Shown here: positions 1 to 7,496 of the stretch, in pieces
How the letters are laid out: every line of letters starts with the position of its first letter
Position numbering within the stretch: position 1 is the stretch's first letter
Assembly (NCBI GenBank): GCA_002189035.1
Contig: NEEC01000139.1
Span: forward strand, 1-21,373
Source of the DNA: Utricularia gibba
Taxonomy: Eukaryota; Plantae; Magnoliophyta
Direction of reading: 5' to 3'
DNA: 21,373 nt
Made by a program: the position numbers and the translations under genes
The notes under the pieces: generated by a model
What the model was told of the DNA's origin: nothing
What the model saw: the letters and a program-made list of their open reading frames with translations, nothing else
Database searches by the model: none

Positions 1-190
1 TGGGACCAGAGTGGGCTCATCAGCCAGACCGAACCCGGGCCAAGCCAAGGGCCCCTCGAGAGCGCCCCCACAAAACTAGATGGTGTTCCACGAAAAAAAA
101 TTAGGCGGCTCGTGATAACCAACGCTAAGAAATGCATCCCTTTTTTCGCCGGGCTAAAACTGACTTTGGGCTCATGCCCGGCGCGACCCC
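1..190. repeat. Partial GC-rich ~150/300-bp sub-repeat block (tail end)
   Basis: Matches 2323-2518 apart from several 1-nt deletions. Confidence 0.9.
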
Positions 191-337
191 AGCCGTGTGC
201 ATACGCAGCAGCACCACGAGGCCACATGGGCTTGGTTAATGCCCGCGTGCTCGAGCAGCAGCCACAAGGCCATACGGCCGGAAAAAAAGAAAAACAACCA
301 TAAAATACAATAAGCCAAAAATAAAAATAAAATTGAT

Positions 338-494
338 AAACCCTTGGTTCGGTTCGGGCCCAATCAAAACCCGTAGGGTTTAACCCGTTCGGGTTGAACA
401 GAAAGACAACCCCATGGGTCATGCAAACTGTAATACCCAGAATTTCATCGGGTTGGGTCCGAACCTGAATGGATCCAACCCAGGCCCATCTCTA
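338..494 (-). mobile_element. Probable solo terminus of a hAT-superfamily DNA transposon (copy 1)
   Basis: GGCCCATCTCTA at 483-494 reads TAGAGATGGGCC on the - strand, resembling Ac-type TIRs (Ac: TAGGGATGAAA). The adjacent ~150 bp has repeated AACCCG/CGGGTT/GGTTCGG/CCGAACC motifs in both orientations, typical of plant hAT subtermini. No partner TIR or TSD was found. Confidence 0.6.
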
Positions 495-497
495 ATC

Positions 498-1394
498 ATA
501 ATCATATGATATAGGTTTATTAAATTATAAATAATTGAAATACATTATTTATTAAACCGTAGGATAACTGTGAAAGCTTTTTGACTTAATTATTACCATT
601 TGATCCTCAGTTGTACTTTGGATGGAGTGTGTATTTTTACTTTAGTCAATTTAATTAGCATTCGATCCTTGGTTATGATTCAGATCATATTTGCTATTTT
701 TTTACTTTAAATATTTTTATTATCATTCGATCCTTAAGTATAATGCGGATCGAGCGCGTATTTTTTATTTTAATATTTTTTTTTAGCATTCGAACGTTAG
801 GTATGCTGCGGATCGAGCGTATATTTTCACTCTCATATTTTTATTAGCCTTAGATCCTTAGGTATACTTTGGATCGAGTGCATATTCATTTATTTTAAAT
901 CTTAATTAGCGTTCCACCGTTAGGAGCAATTTAGAACGTGTATACATTACAATGCCATGCCACACGGGCGTGGTTTACGCACAACCCACGCCCGTGTGCC
1001 CTTGCAATGTAAACACGCTCCACATTGCTCCTAAGGATCGAGCGTTAACACAAGTTTCAAGTAAACCATCTCCACTCGATCCGAATCATGTCTAAAGACC
1101 GAAAGCCAATAAAAATATTAAAATAAAAAATATACGCTCGATCCGCATCATATCTTAGAATCGAATGCAAATAGAATCGTTCAAATAAAAAATATACACT
1201 CGATTGGAATCTTAACCAAGGATCGAATGCTAATTAAAATGATTAAAATAAAAATGCACACTCCATCCAAAGTATAACTAAGGGTCGAATGCTAATAAAA
1301 TTAAAAACTAAGAAACTTTCACATGTAGTATATGCTTTAATAACTAACGTATTTACATTATTTATATTTTAATAAACATATATCACATGATTAT
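498..1394. mobile_element. Foldback / MULE-like non-autonomous element: ~900-bp imperfect inverted repeat with ~62-bp internal sub-repeats (copy 1)
   Basis: Left arm 498-973, right arm 986-1394. The outer 60 bp match 52/60 (498-557 vs reverse complement of 1335-1394). There is a perfect 13-bp inner stem CACACGGGCGTGG/CCACGCCCGTGTG. The element is AT-rich with no coding capacity. The inverted repeat is certain; the transposon class is inferred. Confidence 0.8.
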
Positions 1395-1411
1395 AAAAAT
1401 ATTTTTTTTGT

Positions 1412-1642
1412 CATTGTAGAAAGCTCATCACGCCACGCACACCACCCTGGAGAGGTTTCAACAGCTGTTATGAACTCACAACCCCTTGCTCAGCAGATTC
1501 AGTAAAATTCTCTAACACTTGGGCTTCCAACGGATCATATCCCATATTCATTCATACGAAATTGTGCAAGAATAATGTGACTTTGAGTTTGAACTAGATA
1601 GTAGGACGCTGATCGAAGAATGGCCCATCGAGTCTCTAAAAT
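1412..1642 (-). pseudogene. C-terminal fragment of a PIF/Harbinger (HARBI1-like, DDE_Tnp_4) transposase with 2 frameshifts and 1 stop (copy 1)
   Basis: Manual - strand translation: ILETRWAILRSASYYLVQTQSHIILA / frameshift / LHNFV*MNMGYDPLEAQVLENFTESAEQGV / frameshift / EFITAVETSPGWCAWRDELSTM. The motif order RWAIL..LHNF..DPLE..W..WRD.L matches plant PIF transposase C-termini as recalled; no database search was run. Confidence 0.85.
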
Positions 1643-1664
1643 TGGCCGTCCTCGCTCAACAAAT

Positions 1665-2518
1665 GTGGGGTGCACGTGACATCCCAATTTCAACAAATGC
1701 ATCATGATTTTCGTCGAGTGGGCCCATGAGCCCGTCCGAACCCGGGGCCCGGGCCAAGGGCCCCTCGAGAGCGCCCGCCTCAATACGAGGAGGTGTTCCT
1801 TCAAAAACCATATACGCGTCTCGTCACAACCCAACGTTAATAAATGCATCACTTTTTTTGGCGCGCTACTGCTGACTTTGGGCCTGAGTTCGGCACGACC
1901 TCCGGCCGATCAGGGTGCCCCCCGAGAGCTCCTCCTTAAGTATAAAGTGTGTTGTTGAAAAAAACCGTGTGCGGTTCTCGTGACATCCTAACTTCAACAA
2001 ATGCATCACGATTTTCGTCGAGTCGGACGGGACCGGGCTCCCGGGGCCCGGACGAGGCGCAGCGCCCGCTCCCCTCCCCCCCAAAACTAGAAGGTGTTCC
2101 ATGGAAAACCATTTAGGCGGCTCGTGACAACCCAAAGTTAATAAATGCATCACTTTCTTTGCCGGGCTACAATGACTTTACGCTCGAGCCTGGTACGACG
2201 TATGGGAAGATTCGAGTGCCCCCCGAGAGCGTCTCCACAAGTATAAAGCGTGTTGTTGAAAAAACCGTGTTGGGTGCACGTGACATCCTAATTTCAACAA
2301 ATGTGTCACGATTTTCGCCGAGTGGGACCAGAGTGGGCTCATCAGCCAGACCGAACCCGGGGCCCAAGCCAAGGGCCCCTCGAGAGCGCCCCCCCACAAA
2401 ACTAGATGGTGTTCCACGAAAAAAAATTAGGCGGCTCGTGATAACCCAACGCTAAGAAATGCATCCCTTTTTTCGCCGGGCTAAAACTGACTTTGGGCTC
2501 ATGCCCGGCGCGACCCCC
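1665..2518. repeat. GC-rich block of six ~150-bp sub-repeats arranged as ~300-bp dimers (copy 1)
   Basis: The CGT(G/C)A box starts at 1675, 1822, 1979, 2123, 2279 and 2437 (spacing 147/157/144/156/158). Alternate monomers are more alike than neighbouring ones. Confidence 0.93.
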
Positions 2519-2519
2519 A

Positions 2520-2604
2520 GCCCGTGTGCATACGCAGCAGCACCACGAGGCCACATGGGCTTGGTTAATGCCCGCGTGCTCGAGCAGCAGCCACAAGGCC
2601 ATAC
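2520..2604. repeat. Short degenerate direct duplication, ~50-bp period (present in every monomer)
   Basis: GCCCGTGTGCATACGCAGCAGCACCACGAGGCCACA at 2520 vs GCCCGCGTGCTCGAGCAGCAGCCACAAGGCCATA at 2570. Confidence 0.8.
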
Positions 2605-2669
2605 GGCCGTGGAAAAAAAGAAAAACAACCATAAAATACAATAAGCCAAAAATAAAAAATAAAATTGAT

Positions 2670-2826
2670 AAACCCTTGGTTCGGTTCGGGCCCAATCAAA
2701 ACCCGTAGGGTTTAACCCGTTCGGGTTGAACAGAAAGACAACCCCATGGGTCATGCAAACTGTAATACCCAGAATTTCATCGGGTTGGGTCCGAACCTGA
2801 ATGGATCCAACCCAGGCCCATCTCTA
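2670..2826 (-). mobile_element. Probable solo hAT terminus (copy 2)
   Basis: Same as 338-494; GGCCCATCTCTA ends at 2826. Confidence 0.6.
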
Positions 2827-2829
2827 ATC

Positions 2830-3726
2830 ATAATCATATGATATAGGTTTATTAAATTATAAATAATTGAAATACATTATTTATTAAACCGTAGGATAAC
2901 TGTGAAAGCTTCTTTGACTTAATTATTACCATTTGATCCTCAGTTGTACTTTGGATGGAGTGTGTATTTTTACTTTAGTCAATTTAATTAGCATTCGATC
3001 CTTGGTTATGATTCAGATCATATTTGCTATTTTTTTACTTTAAATATTTTTATTATCATTCGATCCTTAAGTATAATGCGGATCGAGCGCGTATTTTTAT
3101 TTTAATATTTTTATTAGCATTCGAACGTTAGGTATGCTGCGGATCGAGCGTATATTTTTCACTCTCATATTTTTATTAGCCTTAGATCCTTAGGTATACT
3201 TTGGATCGAGTGCATATTCATTTATTTTAAATCTTAATTAGCGTTCCACCGTTAGGAGCAATTTAGAACGTGTATACATTACAATGCCATGCCACACGGG
3301 CGTGGTTTACGCACAACCCACGCCCGTGTGCCCTTGCAATGTAAACACGCTCCACATTGCTCCTAAGGATCGAGCGTTAACACAAGTTTCAAGTAAACCA
3401 TCTCCACTCGATCCGAATCATGTCTAAAGACCGAAAGCCAATAAAAATATTAAAATAAAAAATATACGCTCGATCCGCATCATATCTTAGAATCGAATGC
3501 AAATAGAATCGTTCAAATAAAAAATATACACTCGATTGGAATCTTAACCAAGGATCGAATGCTAATTAAAATGATTAAAATAAAAATGCACACTCCATCC
3601 AAAGTATAACTAAGGGTCGAATGCTAATAAAATTAAAAACTAAGAAACTTTCACATGTAGTATATGCTTTAATAACTAACGTATTTACATTATTTATATT
3701 TTAATAAACATATATCACATGATTAT
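2830..3726. mobile_element. Foldback element (copy 2)
   Basis: Same as 498-1394 (ATAATCAT...ATGATTAT). Confidence 0.8.
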
Positions 3727-3743
3727 AAAAATATTTTTTTTGT

Positions 3744-3974
3744 CATTGTAGAAAGCTCATCACGCCACGCACACCACCCTGGAGAGGTTTCAACAGCTGT
3801 TATGAACTCACAACCCCTTGCTCAGCAGATTCAGTAAAATTCTCTAACACTTGGGCTTCCAACGGATCATATCCCATATTCATTCATACGAAATTGTGCA
3901 AGAATAATGTGACTTTGAGTTTGAACTAGATAGTAGGACGCTGATCGAAGAATGGCCCATCGAGTCTCTAAAAT
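3744..3974 (-). pseudogene. PIF/Harbinger transposase C-terminal fragment (copy 2)
   Basis: Same sequence as 1412-1642. Confidence 0.85.
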
Positions 3975-3996
3975 TGGCCGTCCTCGCTCAACAAAT

Positions 3997-4851
3997 GTGG
4001 GGTGCACGTGACATCCCAATTTCAACAAATGCATCATGATTTTCGTCGAGTGGGCCCATGAGCCCGTCCGAACCCGGGGCCCGGGCCAAGGGCCCCTCGA
4101 GAGCGCCCGCCTCAATACGAGGAGGTGTTCCTTCAAAAACCATATACGCGTCTCGTCACAACCCAACGTTAATAAATGCATCACTTTTTTTGGCGCGCTA
4201 CTGCTGACTTTGGGCCTGAGTTCGGCACGACCTCCGGCTCGATCAGGGTGCCCCACCGAGAGCTCCTCCTTAAGTATAAAGTGTGTTGTTGAAAAAAACC
4301 GTGTGCGGTTCTCGTGACATCCTAACTTCAACAAATGCATCACGATTTTCGTCGAGTCGGACGGGACCGGGCTCCCGGGGCCCGGACGAGGCGCAGCGCC
4401 CGCTCCCCTCCCCCCAAAACTAGAAGGTGTTCCATGGAAAACCATTTAGGCGGCTCGTGACAACCCAAAGTTAATAAATGCATCACTTTCTTTGCCGGGC
4501 TACAATGACTTTACGCTCGAGCCTGGTACGACGTATGGGAAGATTCGAGTGCCCCCCGAGAGCGTCTCCACAAGTATAAAGCGTGTTGTTGAAAAAACCG
4601 TGTTGGGTGCACGTGACATCCTAATTTCAACAAATGTGTCACGATTTTCGCCGAGTGGGACCAGAGTGGGCTCATCAGCCAGACCGAACCCGGGGCCCAA
4701 GCCAAGGGCCCCTCGAGAGCGCCCCCCCACAAAACTAGATGGTGTTCCACGAAAAAAAATTAGGCGGCTCGTGATAACCCAACGCTAAGAAATGCATCCC
4801 TTTTTTCGCCGGGCTAAAACTGACTTTGGGCTCATGCCCGGCGCGACCCCC
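3997..4851. repeat. GC-rich 150/300-bp sub-repeat block (copy 2)
   Basis: Same as 1665-2518. Confidence 0.93.
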
Positions 4852-5002
4852 AGCCCGTGTGCATACGCAGCAGCACCACGAGGCCACATGGGCTTGGTTA
4901 ATGCCCGCGTGCTCGAGCAGCAGCCACAAGGCCATACGGCCGTGGAAAAAAAGAAAAACAACCATAAAATACAATAAGCCAAAAATAAAAAATAAAATTG
5001 AT

Positions 5003-5159
5003 AAACCCTTGGTTCGGTTCGGGCCCAATCAAAACCCGTAGGGTTTAACCCGTTCGGGTTGAACAGAAAGACAACCCCATGGGTCATGCAAACTGTAATA
5101 CCCAGAATTTCATCGGGTTGGGTCCGAACCTGAATGGATCCAACCCAGGCCCATCTCTA
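5003..5159 (-). mobile_element. Probable solo hAT terminus (copy 3)
   Basis: Same as 338-494. Confidence 0.6.
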
Positions 5160-5162
5160 ATC

Positions 5163-6061
5163 ATAATCATATGATATAGGTTTATTAAATTATAAATAAT
5201 TGAAATACATTATTTATTAAACCGTAGGATAACTGTGAAAGCTTCTTTGACTTAATTATTACCATTTGATCCTCAGTTGTACTTTGGATGGAGTGTGTAT
5301 TTTTACTTTAGTCAATTTAATTAGCATTCGATCCTTGGTTATGATTCAGATCATATTTGCTATTTTTTTACTTTAAATATTTTTATTATCATTCGATCCT
5401 TAAGTATAATGCGGATCGAGCGCGTATTTTTTATTTTAATATTTTTTATTAGCATTCGAACGTTAGGTATGCTGCGGATCGAGCGTATATTTTTCACTCT
5501 CATATTTTTATTAGCCTTAGATCCTTAGGTATACTTTGGATCGAGTGCATATTCATTTATTTTAAATCTTAATTAGCGTTCCACCGTTAGGAGCAATTTA
5601 GAACGTGTATACATTACAATGCCATGCCACACGGGCGTGGTTTACGCACAACCCACGCCCGTGTGCCCTTGCAATGTAAACACGCTCCACATTGCTCCTA
5701 AGGATCGAGCGTTAACACAAGTTTCAAGTAAACCATCTCCACTCGATCCGAATCATGTCTAAAGACCGAAAGCCAATAAAAATATTAAAATAAAAAATAT
5801 ACGCTCGATCCGCATCATATCTTAGAATCGAATGCAAATAGAATCGTTCAAATAAAAAATATACACTCGATTGGAATCTTAACCAAGGATCGAATGCTAA
5901 TTAAAATGATTAAAATAAAAATGCACACTCCATCCAAAGTATAACTAAGGGTCGAATGCTAATAAAATTAAAAACTAAGAAACTTTCACATGTAGTATAT
6001 GCTTTAATAACTAACGTATTTACATTATTTATATTTTAATAAACATATATCACATGATTAT
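5163..6061. mobile_element. Foldback element (copy 3)
   Basis: Same as 498-1394. Confidence 0.8.
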
Positions 6062-6078
6062 AAAAATATTTTTTTTGT

Positions 6079-6309
6079 CATTGTAGAAAGCTCATCACGC
6101 CACGCACACCACCCTGGAGAGGTTTCAACAGCTGTTATGAACTCACAACCCCTTGCTCAGCAGATTCAGTAAAATTCTCTAACACTTGGGCTTCCAACGG
6201 ATCATATCCCATATTCATTCATACGAAATTGTGCAAGAATAATGTGACTTTGAGTTTGAACTAGATAGTAGGACGCTGATCGAAGAATGGCCCATCGAGT
6301 CTCTAAAAT
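6079..6309 (-). pseudogene. PIF/Harbinger transposase C-terminal fragment (copy 3)
   Basis: Same sequence as 1412-1642. Confidence 0.85.
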
Positions 6310-6331
6310 TGGCCGTCCTCGCTCAACAAAT

Positions 6332-7185
6332 GTGGGGTGCACGTGACATCCCAATTTCAACAAATGCATCATGATTTTCGTCGAGTGGGCCCATGAGCCC
6401 GTCCGAACCCGGGGCCCGGGCCAAGGGCCCCTCGAGAGCGCCCGCCTCAATACGAGGAGGTGTTCCTTCAAAAACCATATACGCGTCTCGTCACAACCCA
6501 ACGTTAATAAATGCATCACTTTTTTTGGCGCGCTACTGCTGACTTTGGGCCTGAGTTCGGCACGACCTCCGGCTCGATCAGGGTGCCCCCCGAGAGCTCC
6601 TCCTTAAGTATAAAGTGTGTTGTTGAAAAAAACCGTGTGCGGTTCTCGTGACATCCTAACTTCAACAAATGCATCACGATTTTCGTCGAGTCGGACGGGA
6701 CCGGGCTCCCGGGGCCCGGACGAGGCGCAGCGCCCGCTCCCCTCCCCCCCAAAACTAGAAGGTGTTCCATGGAAAACCATTTAGGCGGCTCGTGACAACC
6801 CAAAGTTAATAAATGCATCACTTTCTTTGCCGGGCTACAATGACTTTACGCTCGAGCCTGGTACGACGTATGGGAAGATTCGAGTGCCCCCGAGAGCGTC
6901 TCCACAAGTATAAAGCGTGTTGTTGAAAAAACCGTGTTGGGTGCACGTGACATCCTAATTTCAACAAATGTGTCACGATTTTCGCCGAGTGGGACCAGAG
7001 TGGGCTCATCAGCCAGACCGAACCCGGGGCCCAAGCCAAGGGCCCCTCGAGAGCGCCCCCCCACAAAACTAGATGGTGTTCCACGAAAAAAAATTAGGCG
7101 GCTCGTGATAACCCAACGCTAAGAAATGCATCCCTTTTTTCGCCGGGCTAAAACTGACTTTGGGCTCATGCCCGGCGCGACCCCC
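6332..7185. repeat. GC-rich 150/300-bp sub-repeat block (copy 3)
   Basis: Same as 1665-2518. Confidence 0.93.
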
Positions 7186-7336
7186 AGCCCGTGTGCATAC
7201 GCAGCAGCACCACGAGGCCACATGGGCTTGGTTAATGCCCGCGTGCTCGAGCAGCAGCCACAAGGCCATACGGCCGTGGAAAAAAAGAAAAACAACCATA
7301 AAATACAATAAGCCAAAAATAAAAAATAAAATTGAT

Positions 7337-7493
7337 AAACCCTTGGTTCGGTTCGGGCCCAATCAAAACCCGTAGGGTTTAACCCGTTCGGGTTGAACAG
7401 AAAGACAACCCCATGGGTCATGCAAACTGTAATACCCAGAATTTCATCGGGTTGGGTCCGAACCTGAATGGATCCAACCCAGGCCCATCTCTA
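7337..7493 (-). mobile_element. Probable solo hAT terminus (copy 4)
   Basis: Same as 338-494. Confidence 0.6.
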
Positions 7494-7496
7494 ATC

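Noticed and set aside
357-381. Site II motif (GGCCCA, 357-362) plus telo-box (TAGGGTTT, 374-381) as a ribosomal-protein-type promoter module or telomere remnant
   Set aside because: These are single short motifs inside the hAT-like subterminal region, with no downstream gene and no tandem TTTAGGG. Chance occurrence is likely.
1401-1419. Splice acceptor TTTTTTTTGTCATTGTAG followed by a + strand open frame (KLITPRTPPW...)
   Set aside because: That frame is the antisense of the transposase remnant, and no donor or upstream exon is evident.
1667-1680. 5S rRNA gene array (GGGGTGCA matches the reverse complement of the plant 5S 3' end)
   Set aside because: Only about 8 nt match. The rest of the 120-nt gene and its internal promoter boxes are absent.
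2065-2092. G-quadruplex on the - strand (C-rich CCCGCTCCCCTCCCCCCC)
   Set aside because: It reaches four G3 tracts only by splitting a homopolymer whose length (6 vs 7) varies among copies and may be a sequencing error.
2056-2110. Helitron termini (CTAG at 2087 near short palindromes; ATCTCTAAT at 488 as a possible 5' TC end)
   Set aside because: There is no properly spaced GC-rich hairpin before a CTRR and no CTRR-TC head-to-tail junction. The CTAG belongs to a sub-repeat, and the TCTCTA is better explained as the hAT-like TIR.
1675-2468. CRISPR-like array (32-bp partly palindromic box, regularly spaced)
   Set aside because: The intervening segments are ~110-125 bp and homologous to each other, the boxes are degenerate, there are no cas genes, and the context is plant TE sequence.
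1665-2518. 45S rDNA intergenic spacer (GC-rich sub-repeats next to an AT-rich region)
   Set aside because: No 18S, 5.8S or 25S sequence and no plant Pol I initiation motif (TATATAGGG-type) was seen; GATATAGGTTT at 508 is only a weak match. A distant IGS origin of the block cannot be excluded without BLAST.
990-2529. Shared 10-mer GCCCGTGTGC between the foldback apex (990) and the 50-bp duplication (2520)
   Set aside because: A single 10-bp match within a 2.3-kb monomer is expected by chance and does not extend.
2612-2672. Concatemer of a geminivirus/nanovirus satellite or other circular ssDNA (A-rich tract, stem-loops, ~2.3-kb unit)
   Set aside because: No TAATATTAC or TAGTATTAC origin loop and no Rep or capsid ORF was seen. 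The content is host transposon debris.
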